Part shown: positions 36,973 through 48,020 of the stretch, in pieces
Layout: each line of letters opens with the position of its first letter
Position numbering within the stretch: position 1 is the first letter of the stretch
Source of the DNA: Candidatus Poriferisocius sp.
GTDB taxonomy: Bacteria; Actinomycetota; Acidimicrobiia; Acidimicrobiales; Bin134
Direction of reading: 5' to 3'
Assembly (NCBI RefSeq): GCF_965204015.1
Contig: NZ_OZ241965.1
Span: 453,714 to 517,713, forward strand
DNA: 64,000 nucleotides
Position numbers and translations under genes: made by a program
Notes under the pieces: model-generated
What the model was told of the DNA's origin: nothing
What the model saw: the letters and a program-made list of their open reading frames with translations, nothing else
Databases searched by the model: none

Positions 36973-38004
36973 CTAGGGAAAGAAGGCCTTGGCCACGTCA
37001 TAGAGAGCGGGGCTGACCGGCTTCAGCTCGGCCACCGCATCGGCCAATCGCACCCGGGCCATTTCCCCGCCTCTGAAGGCCACCATCGATCCCCAGTCCC
37101 CGTCGTGGACGGCGTCGATGGCCGCGATGCCGTACCGCGAGCACAGAACCCGATCCAATGCGGAGGGGGTGCCACCCCGCTGGACGTGGCCCAATACCGT
37201 CACCCGGGTGTCGAAACCGGTGCGAGCCTCAATCTCCGTGGCGACCAACTGGCCGATTCCCCCCAGCCGGGCATGACCGAACTGGTCGATCTCGGGCTCG
37301 GGCATCTCCAGGGTCCCCTCTATGGGCCGGGCACCCTCGGCCACCACCACAATGGACGCCCACCGGCCCCGCTGATGGCGCCGGGTGATGGCCTCGGCCA
37401 CCGCGTCGATGTCGAAGGGCTCCTCGGGAATCAGGGTGAGCGTGGCGCCTCCGGCGATACCCGCCCAGGTGGCGATGTGCCCCACATGGCGGCCCATCAC
37501 CTCCACCACCATCACCCGATCGTGCGACTCGGCGGTGGTGTGCAGTCGGTCGATGGCCGCGGTGGCCACCCCCACCGCGGTGTCGAATCCGAAGGTGAGC
37601 TCGGTGAGTCCGATGTCGTTGTCGATGGTCTTGGGAACACCGACGACGTTGGCCGCTCCGGCTTCATTGACTCCGACGCCCGCCGACAAGGTGCCTTCAC
37701 CTCCGATGACGATCAAAGCGTCGGTGCCCGTCGCCCCGATGGTCGACCGCACCCGCTCGATCCCGTCCTCGTACATCCGGGGCGACATCCGAGAAGTGCC
37801 CAAAACGGTGCCCCCTCGGGGCAGAGTGCCCCGCATCCGCTCCACATCCAACTCGATGAAGTCGCCTTCGAGAACTCCCCGCCAGCCGTCAAGGAAGCCA
37901 AGCACGGTGTCGCCGTAATGGCGCTCGGCCTTGCGCACGATGGCCCGTATCACCGCATTCAGTCCGGGGCAGTCGCCGCCTCCGGTCAGCACGCCGACTC
38001 TCAT
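36973..38004 (-). CDS. pfkA: 6-phosphofructokinase
   Basis: LTGGGDCPGLNAVIR, GGT.LGTSR, IGGEGT, GVPKTIDNDI, EVMGR, LGHVQRGG. Confidence 0.93.
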   Translation of the reverse strand: MRVGVLTGGGDCPGLNAVIRAIVRKAERHYGDTVLGFLDGWRGVLEGDFIELDVERMRGTLPRGGTVLGTSRMSPRMYEDGIERVRSTIGATGTDALIVIGGEGTLSAGVGVNEAGAANVVGVPKTIDNDIGLTELTFGFDTAVGVATAAIDRLHTTAESHDRVMVVEVMGRHVGHIATWAGIAGGATLTLIPEEPFDIDAVAEAITRRHQRGRWASIVVVAEGARPIEGTLEMPEPEIDQFGHARLGGIGQLVATEIEARTGFDTRVTVLGHVQRGGTPSALDRVLCSRYGIAAIDAVHDGDWGSMVAFRGGEMARVRLADAVAELKPVSPALYDVAKAFFP

Positions 38005-38018
38005 GGGGGGCTAGCCCG

Positions 38019-39194
38019 CTAACCCAGCTTGGTCAGCGATTGGCGGAGCTGGCGGACGGCCTGTGCCGTTCGCTGCTCATTCTCGATGAGGGCGAACCGC
38101 ACATGGCCCTCACCACCGGGGCCGAAACCAACGCCGGGAGACACCGCCACCCGGGCATCGCGAACCAGCCAGGAGGCGAATTCCACCGAACCCATCTCCC
38201 GGTAGGGCTCGGGGATTTTGGCCCACACGAACATTGTCCCCTTGGGAGGCTCCACCTCCCAGCCCATGCGGTTCAGCCCCGAGCAAAGGGCGTCTCGGCG
38301 GCTCTGGTAGATGTCGCACACCTCTTTGGGAAAACCGGGGGCCTCATTCAGGGTCACCGTGGCGGCAATTTGAATGGGCTGGAAGGTGCCGTAGTCCAGA
38401 TACGACTTGAGCTTGGCCAACGCCGCCACCACCTGGGGATTTCCCACCATGAACGCCACCCGCCAGCCAGCCATGGAGAAGGACTTGGTCATGGAGTAGA
38501 GCTCTACCGCCACATCCTTGGCCCCCTCAACCTGCATGATTGACGGCGGCAAATAGCCGTCGTACCCCAGGTCGGCGTAGGCGAAATCGTGGACCAGCAA
38601 CACATCGTGCTCTTTGGCAAAGGCCACGACGCCGGCCATGAACTCCAGGTCCACGCAGGCAGTGGTGGGATTGTGGGGGAACGACAGCACAATGATGCGG
38701 GGCTTGGGCCAGGAGTACTGCCACCGCTCCTGCATGGTGCCGAAGAAATCGGTTCCGGTGCTGAGCGGAATCTCCCGCACCTCGGCGCCGGTGAACAGCG
38801 GGGCATACAGATGTATCGGATAAGACGGCGACGGGACCAGGGCAGCGTCTCCCGGTTGCAGCAGGGTCCACATGAGGTGGGAGAACCCCTCTTTGGCCCC
38901 GATGGTGTTGATCACCTCGGTGTCGGGATCGAGATACACCCCGAACCGCCGGGCGTAGTACCCGGCAACGGCCTCGCGCAGCTTGGGGATGCCCCGGCTG
39001 GCCGAGTAGCGGTGATTGCGGGGGTTGTGGGCGGCTTCCGCCAGCTTTTCCACCGCAATATCGGGCGATGGAAGGTCGGGGTTGCCAAACCCCAGGTCGA
39101 TGATGTCGTGACCGGCTCGTCGGCCCTCCACCTTCAGGTCGTTGATGATGGTGAAGACATACGGGGGCAGGTTGTTGATGCGGCGGAACTCCAC
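38019..39194 (-). CDS. alaC: Class I/II aminotransferase, AlaC-like alanine transaminase
   Basis: F.RI..LPPYVF, DLG.GNPD, HRYS.SRGI, FP.NPT, HD.AY, SM.KS.SM.GWR, KSYLDYG.F.PIQ.AA. Confidence 0.8.
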   Translation of the reverse strand: MEFRRINNLPPYVFTIINDLKVEGRRAGHDIIDLGFGNPDLPSPDIAVEKLAEAAHNPRNHRYSASRGIPKLREAVAGYYARRFGVYLDPDTEVINTIGAKEGFSHLMWTLLQPGDAALVPSPSYPIHLYAPLFTGAEVREIPLSTGTDFFGTMQERWQYSWPKPRIIVLSFPHNPTTACVDLEFMAGVVAFAKEHDVLLVHDFAYADLGYDGYLPPSIMQVEGAKDVAVELYSMTKSFSMAGWRVAFMVGNPQVVAALAKLKSYLDYGTFQPIQIAATVTLNEAPGFPKEVCDIYQSRRDALCSGLNRMGWEVEPPKGTMFVWAKIPEPYREMGSVEFASWLVRDARVAVSPGVGFGPGGEGHVRFALIENEQRTAQAVRQLRQSLTKLG

Positions 39195-39237
39195 GGGTTC
39201 AATCTACTTTCCAAAAGGTGGATTTAACTGGGTTTCT

Positions 39238-39699
39238 CTAGCTGAGTTTCCCGGCGCCGGATTCGGCTCGGCGGCGAAGGTTGTCCAGCGCGGTTCGCAT
39301 GACGCGAGCCTCGGCTCGGCGCTTCACAAAGCCGGGCAGGGGCATCACCATCTGGACGGCGAGGTGGTAGGTGACCTCGGTGCGATCCGGCTCGCCGGCA
39401 ACCGGGTTGAAGCAGTACTCCCCGTCGAGGCGCCGGGTCAGATCGCCTTGCACCAGGCGCCAGGACACCCGCAGCGGGTTGGACCCGTAGTAGTACTCCA
39501 GCAGGTAGTTGGTGCTGCGGCCCATGGCCGCGGCCCGAAACGACACCAAACCGCCCCGGCCGTCGTCGTCTCGCCGGATCACCTCGACCTGCTTCACCTC
39601 GGTGGCCCATTCCGGATAGGCCTCGAAGTCGCACACCACCTCAAAGCAGCGCTCTGGCGATGCTTCAATCGCAATGCTCTTGGTGGCCTGGTCAAACAT
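39238..39699 (-). CDS. SRPBCC / polyketide cyclase-dehydrase family protein
   Basis: I.ASP.....V..DFE.YP.W...VK, T.VTY.L, PLPGFVKRRAE. Confidence 0.8.
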   Translation of the reverse strand: MFDQATKSIAIEASPERCFEVVCDFEAYPEWATEVKQVEVIRRDDDGRGGLVSFRAAAMGRSTNYLLEYYYGSNPLRVSWRLVQGDLTRRLDGEYCFNPVAGEPDRTEVTYHLAVQMVMPLPGFVKRRAEARVMRTALDNLRRRAESGAGKLS

Positions 39700-40192
39700 C
39701 GTCACCGTTCCTGCTGGGATCGCTGCGTCCTTGAATTGTGCTGTCGGAGGGCCGGGGCGGGAAGGTCCCATGCCTGGCTCCCCATGCGCCAGACAAGCCC
39801 AGCGCATAGACGGGAACCAGGATACCGAACGCGGAGGCGGTAAAGGGACGCACCGAAGCGGCGGCCAGCGCCACGATCACCTCGACACCCAGCGCGGCCA
39901 TCATCGAGAACCGCACCGAGCGGGGAGCGCAGCCAGCCAAAAAATACAGGCCGCCCACGCCGATCAGCTCGTAGCGGCTGCGCTGCAATGCCCGCTGAAA
40001 GGCCCACAGCATGGCCCAGCAGCCCAGCGCCAGCAGCGCGAGCGACACCACGGCAATGGGAACAGCCATTGGGTCGGGGAAGACAGTGGTGGCAACGGCC
40101 ATCGCAGTGAACACCCAAGTCCCCGCCCAGCAGGCCCGGAGGAGGTCCCGGCCCTCGACTCCCGGTGGCACCAAGCGATGGCGCCATGCCAT
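39692..40192 (-). CDS. Hypothetical membrane protein
   Basis: Four TM segments; overlaps neighbours in an operon. Confidence 0.6.
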   Translation of the reverse strand: MAWRHRLVPPGVEGRDLLRACWAGTWVFTAMAVATTVFPDPMAVPIAVVSLALLALGCWAMLWAFQRALQRSRYELIGVGGLYFLAGCAPRSVRFSMMAALGVEVIVALAAASVRPFTASAFGILVPVYALGLSGAWGARHGTFPPRPSDSTIQGRSDPSRNGDDV

Positions 40193-41334
40193 CAGCGGCC
40201 CTTCCCGCGGGCGATAACCTCGGCGATCACGGTTCGAAGTCGCTCGGCCATGTGGTCGTAGGAGAATTCGGCCACCGCCCTCAGCCGGCTGTCCAGCCCC
40301 ATCTGGCGAAGGCGAACCCGATCCGACAGCAGGGCGTCCAACGAGGCGATCACCGCATCACGATGGCTGGGCCTGTCTACCACCAGGCCGGTCCTTCCGT
40401 GTTCCACCGCCTCGGCCGCTCCCCCGCTGTCTCCGGCCAGCTGCGGCACTCCAGCCGCGGCTGCCTCCAAGAACACGATGCCGAAGCCTTCCTGCTCCAA
40501 GCCTCCCCAGCGCTGGCGGCACATCATGGCAAACACGTCGGCGCAGCCGTAGAGGTCGGGCAAATCCGAGTCGGCCACCCGGTCGAGGAGGCGGGCGGGT
40601 GCGCCAGTGCGCCCGATGAGGCGGTCCAGCCGGGCCCGGTCGCGCCCCGCCCCGGCCACGGCCACAGTGAGCCCCGGATGCCGATCGGCCAAGCGGGCCG
40701 ACGCGGCGATCAGCACATCCATGCCCTTGCGAGGCACCAAACGGCTGATCGACACCACGACCGGGGCGTCAACGGGTAGTCCGAATCGAAGGCGGGCTTG
40801 TCGCCGCTGGGCCGCATTCAGGGGTTTGAAGCGCTCGATGTCCACCCCCGGGGGCACGATGACTGCGGGCAGCGGTCGCCCTGCGGCCCTTTCGGCCTCA
40901 GCCACCGAGTACCGGCCGGCAGTGACAACCACTCGCGCGCCGCGCAGCACCTGAGCCAAGAGCTGCTTGGTGCCCGGCAGGCGTCCCGGAACGGTCACCT
41001 CAGCACCGTGGAGGATTACGCCATAGGGGTGGGGCAGGCGGGGGGCCAGCGCTCCCAAGGGAACGGCGGGGTCGTAGAGAACCAGTTCAGCGCCGATTTC
41101 GTCGGCTAACTCGGTGATCTCTTCGCCCATTTCGGGGGTGGGAAGAAGGAACTGGCGGGCAGATCGGATCACCTGGTGATTCTGCTGGGCATCCCATGCC
41201 GCGTCTCCGGGATGGGAGCGGGTCAGCACACAGACATCGTCAGGAGGCAGCCGGCGCCACAGCTCCCACAGGTAGTTCTGAATGCCCCCGAGTTTGGGGG
41301 GATAGTCGTTGGTGACCAGCAGGTGCCGGGCCAT
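40192..41334 (-). CDS. GT4 glycosyltransferase (PimB'-like phosphatidylinositol mannosyltransferase)
   Basis: LLVTND.PP..GGIQ.Y, SRLVPRKG.D, EGFGIVFLEA.A.G.P..AG.SGGA.EAV. Confidence 0.85.
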   Translation of the reverse strand: MARHLLVTNDYPPKLGGIQNYLWELWRRLPPDDVCVLTRSHPGDAAWDAQQNHQVIRSARQFLLPTPEMGEEITELADEIGAELVLYDPAVPLGALAPRLPHPYGVILHGAEVTVPGRLPGTKQLLAQVLRGARVVVTAGRYSVAEAERAAGRPLPAVIVPPGVDIERFKPLNAAQRRQARLRFGLPVDAPVVVSISRLVPRKGMDVLIAASARLADRHPGLTVAVAGAGRDRARLDRLIGRTGAPARLLDRVADSDLPDLYGCADVFAMMCRQRWGGLEQEGFGIVFLEAAAAGVPQLAGDSGGAAEAVEHGRTGLVVDRPSHRDAVIASLDALLSDRVRLRQMGLDSRLRAVAEFSYDHMAERLRTVIAEVIARGKGR

Positions 41335-41337
41335 TGC

Positions 41338-42399
41338 TCAAACCGGCGTCACTGCGCCCGCACCCAGGCGGCGGGCGGCCCATTCTGCGTGGCGCGCCAG
41401 CATCGGATCAGGATCCGATAGATAGCGGTGCACTATGTCAATCACTTCAGGGTCGACCACTTCAGGATCGGCCCCCCGTCCGGAGTTGCCCAGTGCAATC
41501 AACGCGTTGCGCCGCACATAGCGAGGCTCCCGCCGGGGGATGTACCAGCGGCCGTAGCGGGCCATCAGCTCGTCGTCATCCAGCTCCAGCAGGTCCACCA
41601 GGTCGACCCAGGCAGCGTCATCATTGAGCCCTTCTCCCGCACCGGGGCCGTTCGACTCGGCTAGTCGGTTGGGCGGGCACACCTCCTGGCAGTCGTCGCA
41701 GCCGTAGATCCGATCGCCCAGCGCTTCGCGGAACTCGAGGGGGAAGTCTCCGTCAGCCTGCACCAGCCACGCCAAGCACCGCCGGGCGTCGACCACGCCC
41801 GGGGCCACAATGGCGCCGGTCGGGCAGCCGTCCAAGCAGCGGCGACACGGCCCGCACTGATCGGGAACCGGGGTCGAGGGTTCGAGCGCGGCGGTGGTGA
41901 TCACCGTACCCAGCACGAACCAGCTCCCCAGTCCGGGCAGCAGGATATTGCTGTTCTTGCCGTACCATCCCAGCCCGGCCCGCCGAGCCGCCTCCCGATC
42001 GACCAGCGCATTGTCGTCGGCCACCACCACGGCCTTGTGCCCACCGCCCCGCAGCATCTCGGCAATGTGGCCCAGCAATGCTCGCAGTTTGGCGTAGTGG
42101 TCGCTTCGCGCGTAGGCAGCCACCCGCCCCGCGGCCCGGTCAGGCGCGGCCGGAGCAGAGCTGCGATAGCCGAGCGCGCCCACCACCAGGGACTGGGCAC
42201 CAGGCACGGTTCTCGCGGCGTCGGTGGAACGGTCGGGGTTGCGGTAGGTGAAGGCCATTCCCCCGTGCAGTCCTCGCTCCCGCCGCTCCAAGAGCGTGAC
42301 CCGGGTGGACTCGAACGGCTCCGCCGACGCCACCCCAACGGCGTCGAGTCCGGCGGCCAAACCAGCCGCGATCACCTCGTCGGCGTTGAGAACGCTCAC
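41338..42399 (-). CDS. queG: Epoxyqueuosine reductase
   Basis: A.RAGLGW.GKN, GSWF.LG, CG.C..C...CPT.A, DAR.C, YGCD.CQ.VCP.N, RNA.IALGN. Confidence 0.9.
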   Translation of the reverse strand: MSVLNADEVIAAGLAAGLDAVGVASAEPFESTRVTLLERRERGLHGGMAFTYRNPDRSTDAARTVPGAQSLVVGALGYRSSAPAAPDRAAGRVAAYARSDHYAKLRALLGHIAEMLRGGGHKAVVVADDNALVDREAARRAGLGWYGKNSNILLPGLGSWFVLGTVITTAALEPSTPVPDQCGPCRRCLDGCPTGAIVAPGVVDARRCLAWLVQADGDFPLEFREALGDRIYGCDDCQEVCPPNRLAESNGPGAGEGLNDDAAWVDLVDLLELDDDELMARYGRWYIPRREPRYVRRNALIALGNSGRGADPEVVDPEVIDIVHRYLSDPDPMLARHAEWAARRLGAGAVTPV

Positions 42400-43694
42400 C
42401 GGCTCATGAACCCGAAGGAATCGCCATCGGCTTCTACCTCAATCCCCATCAGCTTGAGCAACTTGCTGGGTTGCACGACGTTGGCCTTGAGGTTCCGAGC
42501 ACCTTCTCGGACCCGGCCGTCATGGGAGACCACTACCAACGGCTGCGACAGCGGATAGTCGCGGCACCATTTGATGATGACGTCGTCGGCTTCTGTCCCT
42601 GGAGGCGAGAACCGGGGAGTCACCCCCAGTGAGCGGGCCGTGGTGGGGATGTAGTCGTAGTCGGTCTCGGTGCCGTCGAAGACCACCACAATCTCGGCCT
42701 CGGAGAAGCGGGCGCTCAACTCCTCCAGCTTCTGAAGCAACCGCACCCGCTGCTCTCGCACCGGCATGTCATGCCAGTTCTTGAAGGTCACGTTGTAGCC
42801 GTCCACCAGCATCACCACTTTGGGCGTCCGCAGCAGGTGCTCGGCGGCTTCCACCGTTTCTTTGAGTATGCCCGGAGGCAAGGGGATTGGCCTCTGAGAA
42901 GAGATCGGGGGCGGCGGCTCAGGCTCCAGCTCGGACGGGAGCTCGAACCCCGCCTCCCGAGCCATCGCCACTTCTTCCTCTGCGGCCGCCAACCGCTTCT
43001 TGAGGCTGCTGACTTCCTCTTCGTGCTGGATGCGCGAGTCCTTTAGCTCCTTGTTGACCCGGTCGATCTCCCTCTGTGCTTTTTTGAGCCTGTCGTCGGT
43101 TCGAGACTCTTTCCGCTGGATGCGCTCCAGGTTCTTTTGGATGGCGTCCCGATCCCCTCGAGTCTGGGCCAATTCGGCAGCCAGCCTGCGGGATTGCTCT
43201 TGGGATTGACGGGCCTCGGCACGGGCTTGGGTGGCCTCCAACCGGGCCCCATCGCGGTCGCGAACGGCCTTGTCCCGCTGACGCTCGGCCTTTTCCGAGG
43301 CTGCCTCGGCCTTTCGCAACTTCTGCTCCAGCACTTGGTGGCTCTGAGCGTCGGCGGCCATTTCCGACTGCTGCTCGGCAGCCGCGGACAGTTCGGCGCA
43401 CTCCTGCTCCCAACCGTCCGGGCGGGCCAGCCACAGCCACCCGAGCCGGCCCACCTTTTCCTCGTTGACCGCCTCCACCACTCGCGCTCGGAATTCCTCG
43501 TCGTCTTCCACCACCTCCCGCACTTGCCCTAAGGCCCGCTCTGAGAACTTCTTGAACGTCAAGAGCTGCTTCAACCGGGCCGGCGGGTCAATCGAAGGCT
43601 TCTCCTTCTGTCCTTCCCGAGCCACCTCCACTGCGGCAATCAACGCTTCCCTCAATACTCCATTGGCAGGACTATCTCCCGTTCTCATCCTCAT
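42396..43694 (-). CDS. Coiled-coil protein with C-terminal NYN (YacP-like PIN) ribonuclease domain
   Basis: LVDGYNV, VVFDG, FS..G..ADD.I, VVS.D after a long coiled coil. Confidence 0.8.
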   Translation of the reverse strand: MRMRTGDSPANGVLREALIAAVEVAREGQKEKPSIDPPARLKQLLTFKKFSERALGQVREVVEDDEEFRARVVEAVNEEKVGRLGWLWLARPDGWEQECAELSAAAEQQSEMAADAQSHQVLEQKLRKAEAASEKAERQRDKAVRDRDGARLEATQARAEARQSQEQSRRLAAELAQTRGDRDAIQKNLERIQRKESRTDDRLKKAQREIDRVNKELKDSRIQHEEEVSSLKKRLAAAEEEVAMAREAGFELPSELEPEPPPPISSQRPIPLPPGILKETVEAAEHLLRTPKVVMLVDGYNVTFKNWHDMPVREQRVRLLQKLEELSARFSEAEIVVVFDGTETDYDYIPTTARSLGVTPRFSPPGTEADDVIIKWCRDYPLSQPLVVVSHDGRVREGARNLKANVVQPSKLLKLMGIEVEADGDSFGFMSR

Positions 43695-44740
43695 TCCTCC
43701 TCGGCCCGGGCTTGAATGGAGACTGAGACGAAGTCCTCTAGGACCTGCCCAGCCAGGCCGTCGTCTATCGACGCTGCGGCAGCCTCCAGCCCCTCGGCCA
43801 ATGTGCCGGAGACCTCGGCTACCACCAGGGCGGCAGCCGCGTTGAGCGTCACGATATCCCGGTGCGCTCCCCTTTGGCCGTCGAACACCCGGCGCAGGCA
43901 GTCGGCGTTGACCGACGCATTCCCTCCCCTCAGGTCATCCAGGGATGCCGGTGCCAAACCAAGCTCTGCCGGGTCCGCTGTGTGGCGGCTCGTATCGCCT
44001 TCCCTCAGCTCCCAGATGTCGGTCGGGCCGGTAGTGGACAGCTCATCCAAACCGTCATGGCTGTGCACAATCATGGCCCGCTCCGAGCCGGTGGCGGCCA
44101 GCACCTCCAGCATGATCTCGGCCATCGCCCGGTCGCTGGTTCCCACCAGCTGGCGTCTGACACCGGCCGGATTGGCCAGCGGTCCCAGGAAATTGAATAC
44201 CGTGCCCACCCCCAATTCCCGGCGGGGTGGACCGGCGTGGCGCATGGCCGGGTGAAATCGTGGGGCCAAGCAGAAACCGAAGCCGGTTTCGGTCACGCAG
44301 CGGGCCACCCCAGCGGGGCCGAGGTCGATGACCGCACCCAGCTCTTCCAGCACATCGGCTGAGCCGCACAGCGACGACGCCGACCGATTGCCGTGTTTGC
44401 ACACCCTGGCCCCCGCCCCCACGGCCACCAGCGCCGCCGCGGTGGACACGTTAATACTGCCGCTGTGATCGCCGCCGGTGCCGCACGTGTCGATGAGGCC
44501 GGCGGCATCCAATGGGACTGCTTCCGAAGCGGCCCGCATCGCTGACAGCAGGCCGACAAGTTCCTCGGCGGTCTCCCCCTTGGTGCGCAGGGCCATCACG
44601 AACCCGCCGATCTGCGCCGGGGTCGCCTCTCCGTTCAGTATTTCGGTCATGGCGGCATTGGCTGCGTCGGTGGAGAGGTGGCCGCCTTCCGTCAACTGGC
44701 GGAATAACCCGGCCCACCCTCCGTGTTCGTCCAGGTTCAC
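43691..44740 (-). CDS. trpD: Anthranilate phosphoribosyltransferase
   Basis: KGET.EE, DTCGTGGD, NVST, KHGNRS.SS.CGSAD, FHPAM, FN.LGPL.NP, DGLDE; start GTG 44740 or ATG 44761. Confidence 0.93.
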   Translation of the reverse strand: MNLDEHGGWAGLFRQLTEGGHLSTDAANAAMTEILNGEATPAQIGGFVMALRTKGETAEELVGLLSAMRAASEAVPLDAAGLIDTCGTGGDHSGSINVSTAAALVAVGAGARVCKHGNRSASSLCGSADVLEELGAVIDLGPAGVARCVTETGFGFCLAPRFHPAMRHAGPPRRELGVGTVFNFLGPLANPAGVRRQLVGTSDRAMAEIMLEVLAATGSERAMIVHSHDGLDELSTTGPTDIWELREGDTSRHTADPAELGLAPASLDDLRGGNASVNADCLRRVFDGQRGAHRDIVTLNAAAALVVAEVSGTLAEGLEAAAASIDDGLAGQVLEDFVSVSIQARAEEE

Positions 44741-44785
44741 CGTCTTAGTGTGGACCATCATCCCCGCCCTGCCACAATCTCTTTC

Positions 44786-46225
44786 ATGAACTTCTGCGTC
44801 ATCGATGTGGGCACCAGCAGCATCCGCTCGGCAGTGACCGATGGGCATCGGGTGGTCTGCTTCCGCCAGCAGCGCACGCCGCCCGACATGCCTGAGCTCG
44901 GACTGGTGGAGTTTGACGCCAACGAGATGGCATCGGTGATTCTGCAAACCGCCACCGAGGTAGTGGAGGAGGTGGGCGGCGTGGAGGCCGTGGCCGTCAC
45001 CAATCAACGGGGATCGGCGGTGGTGTGGGACCGCGAAACCGGTGAGCCAGTGGGCCCGGGCCTGGGCTGGCAGGACCTGCGCACGGTGGGCGAGTGCCTG
45101 GCCTGGCAAGCCGAGGGTCTTCGGCTGGTACCCAATGAGTCGGCCACCAAGCTGGTATGGCTGCTCGACCAGCATGACCCTGATCGGACCCGAGACCTGT
45201 GCTTCGGCACGGTGGACACCTGGGCGGTGTGGTGCTTGTCGCAAGGCGCCAGTCATGTGGTGGATCCCTCCAATGCGGCCATGAGCGGAATGTTGAGCGA
45301 CGACGGAAGCCGCTGGTCCGACGAGATCACCGAGCAAATCAGGGTGCCCTCTAGCTGCCTACCCCGAATCGTGGACTCCACCGGGGTGGTGGGTGCAGCC
45401 ACCGCTCTACCGGGTGCCCCTCCCATCGCCGGGATCATCGGCGACCAGCAGTCGTCGCTGATCGGACAGCGCTGCGTGCTCGAGGGTCTGGCCAAGCTCA
45501 CCTTCGGCACCGGCGCCTTTCTGGACGTGTGTACCGGCCCCGACCGGCCGATCGCCGACAAGCGCAGCGACCGGGGAACGTTTCCCATCGTGGCCTGGCA
45601 GGAGGACGGGGCGATCGTCTGGGGCGTGGAGGCCATGATGATCGCCGCCGGCTCCAACCTGAGCTGGCTGATCGACGACGTGGGCCTGCTGGACGACGCT
45701 GCCCAGTCGACTGAGCTGGCCGGAAGCGTGGCCGATTCCGGCGGGGTGGTGTATGTACCGGCCCTCTACGGCCTGGGCACCCCGCACTGGGACTTCGGGG
45801 CTCGGGCCGCGCTGTTCGGCATCACCGGGGGAACCACCGCAGCCCACATCGTGCGGGCGGTGTTCGAGGGCGTGGCCCACCGGGCCGCCGATTTGCTGGA
45901 AGCCGCCGAGGCCGACAGCGGCCATCAGATCGAGCGGATCCGAGTGGACGGAGGGATGTCACAGAACCCGGTGTTCAACCAGATCCTGGCCGACACTCTC
46001 AGCCGCACGGTGGAGCTGTGCCCGGTGCCTGAGGGAACCGCGCTGGGCGCCGCGGTGTTGGCCGGGAAGGCTCTGGGCCAATGGTCGAGCTGGCCGGAGG
46101 TGGCCGATTCGTGGTCGCCTCGAGCGGTGATCGAGCCGGAGGCGGCCATCGACCGCGACCGCTGGCACGACGCGGTAGGGCGCGCCGCCCGCTGGTATCC
46201 CGAGCTTTCCGACATCGGTCTGTAA
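44786..46225 (+). CDS. FGGY-family carbohydrate kinase (glycerol kinase-like)
   Basis: IDVGTSS.R, TNQR, WQD.RT, GDQQ.SL.G, K.TFGTG.F, GLG.P.W, RVDGG.S. Confidence 0.85.
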   Translation: MNFCVIDVGTSSIRSAVTDGHRVVCFRQQRTPPDMPELGLVEFDANEMASVILQTATEVVEEVGGVEAVAVTNQRGSAVVWDRETGEPVGPGLGWQDLRTVGECLAWQAEGLRLVPNESATKLVWLLDQHDPDRTRDLCFGTVDTWAVWCLSQGASHVVDPSNAAMSGMLSDDGSRWSDEITEQIRVPSSCLPRIVDSTGVVGAATALPGAPPIAGIIGDQQSSLIGQRCVLEGLAKLTFGTGAFLDVCTGPDRPIADKRSDRGTFPIVAWQEDGAIVWGVEAMMIAAGSNLSWLIDDVGLLDDAAQSTELAGSVADSGGVVYVPALYGLGTPHWDFGARAALFGITGGTTAAHIVRAVFEGVAHRAADLLEAAEADSGHQIERIRVDGGMSQNPVFNQILADTLSRTVELCPVPEGTALGAAVLAGKALGQWSSWPEVADSWSPRAVIEPEAAIDRDRWHDAVGRAARWYPELSDIGL

Positions 46226-46306
46226 GGCCCGCAGCGCCCCAGCATCACTGGCGGGTTCACGAAAACCCTCTCGCCCCCGCGTGATCGGGCTGGCAGACTA
46301 GGGCAA

Positions 46307-46724
<418 letters not shown>

Positions 46725-46764
46725 TGCAGTCTCATCTCGAATTGGCGCATCTGGAATTGGCGCA

Positions 46765-47268
46765 TCAGAGCCGCCGCGGCCGGGTGCTGCCCATCTGGCC
46801 TCGATCCAGGCGGCCCTGGGTGCAGAGCAGGCGCAACCGCTCCCGGTCGCTAAGGCCGTAGCGGCGAACTGCCCACGCCCCGACGGCCAGCCCGATCAGC
46901 TCTAGCACGATTAGCGCGGCCCAGGGCTTGAAGTCGGGCAAGTCGGCGCTATCCACCCGAACCCCGAAAACCGGCCACCAGAAAAGCTCGGTGCGCAACC
47001 AGGCCCCATCCAGCACCAGGTACAAGAACAGTCCGATGGGCAGTCCCAGCCACCGGCGTCGAGCCAGACGGCGTCCTCGGGTGACCAGCATCACCACCAC
47101 CAGCACCGCCAGCGGGGCCAGCAGGGTGTGCAGCGCCCACGGACCACCGGCCAACAGCTCCACCATCGGCAACACCGATCCCAGCATCACCATCCGGTAG
47201 TCCAGCGCCGGGCTGTCGAACACCAAGGCCACCAGCACGAAGCTGAGAGCCAAGAACCAGAAGAACAC
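46765..47268 (-). CDS. Membrane protein, membrane-bound metal-dependent hydrolase-like
   Basis: DYR....GS.LP, HTLL, LVLD..W, F.WP.FG; GTG start at 47268. Confidence 0.65.
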   Translation of the reverse strand: MFFWFLALSFVLVALVFDSPALDYRMVMLGSVLPMVELLAGGPWALHTLLAPLAVLVVVMLVTRGRRLARRRWLGLPIGLFLYLVLDGAWLRTELFWWPVFGVRVDSADLPDFKPWAALIVLELIGLAVGAWAVRRYGLSDRERLRLLCTQGRLDRGQMGSTRPRRL

Positions 47269-47281
47269 CGGGCCTTCCCGA

Positions 47282-48004
47282 TCAGGTCCGCACCAGAATG
47301 CGGCCGCACTCCTCGCAGTAGCACACCTCGTCGGCCGGTGCGTGGCGAATGCGGTCCAACTCCATGGCCGACAGGCCGAGGTGGCAGCCCTCGCAGGTGC
47401 CATTGCGGAGTCGGGCCACCGCCACCCCGCCCATCCGTTTCCGCAGGTCCTCGTAGCTGGCCAGAGCCGTTTCGGGAATGTCGACGGCCTCCGTTGAGCG
47501 GGCGGAGTTCTCCTGGTCGATCTCGACCTGGACGACAGCTTCAGCCTCGGCGAGCTGCTCTCGCGAGCCAGCCACCTCCGCCTCGGCGGCCACCGAGCCA
47601 GCAGCCAGGGCCTCCACCTCGGCATCGACCTCCTCGATCGCTTCCATCAACTCCAAGGCATCGTTCTCCATGTCGGAGCGTCGGGTTCGCAATCCGTCCA
47701 CCTCTTCTTGAAGGGTCAGCAGCTCCCGGGTTCCGGTCACCTCCCCCGAGTACAGCCGGTCGTTCTCCCGCTTGATCCGCTCCTCCAAGACGGCCAACTC
47801 GTCCTCGTTGCGCTTGAGATTCCGCTGCAACTCCAGGCGGCGAACCTGCACCGCCTCCCGCTGGTCGTCGATCTGCTGACGGGCCCGTTGGCTGGCAGCC
47901 AACCCAGCCCGCTCGGGAAGGGTCTCAAAGCGATGGCGGAGCTGGTCGATCCGGGTGTCGTGGTCTTGCACTGACAGCAACCGCTGGAATTGATCGTCGC
48001 TCAC
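47282..48004 (-). CDS. C4-type zinc-ribbon coiled-coil protein (DUF164 family)
   Basis: LL..Q..D..I, long coiled coil, C.GC...L, C..CGRIL. Confidence 0.88.
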   Translation of the reverse strand: MSDDQFQRLLSVQDHDTRIDQLRHRFETLPERAGLAASQRARQQIDDQREAVQVRRLELQRNLKRNEDELAVLEERIKRENDRLYSGEVTGTRELLTLQEEVDGLRTRRSDMENDALELMEAIEEVDAEVEALAAGSVAAEAEVAGSREQLAEAEAVVQVEIDQENSARSTEAVDIPETALASYEDLRKRMGGVAVARLRNGTCEGCHLGLSAMELDRIRHAPADEVCYCEECGRILVRT

Positions 48005-48020
48005 GGTGCGATCCTAGTAA

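Noticed and set aside
44762-45337. Long N-terminal extension of TrpD
   Set aside because: Antisense to the FGGY kinase gene; TrpD homology starts near 44740
46739-46766. 13-bp direct repeat gaattggcgcatc x2 after rnpB (similar short duplications in proV ~10881 and queG ~41440)
   Set aside because: Two copies only; consistent with ordinary slippage duplications
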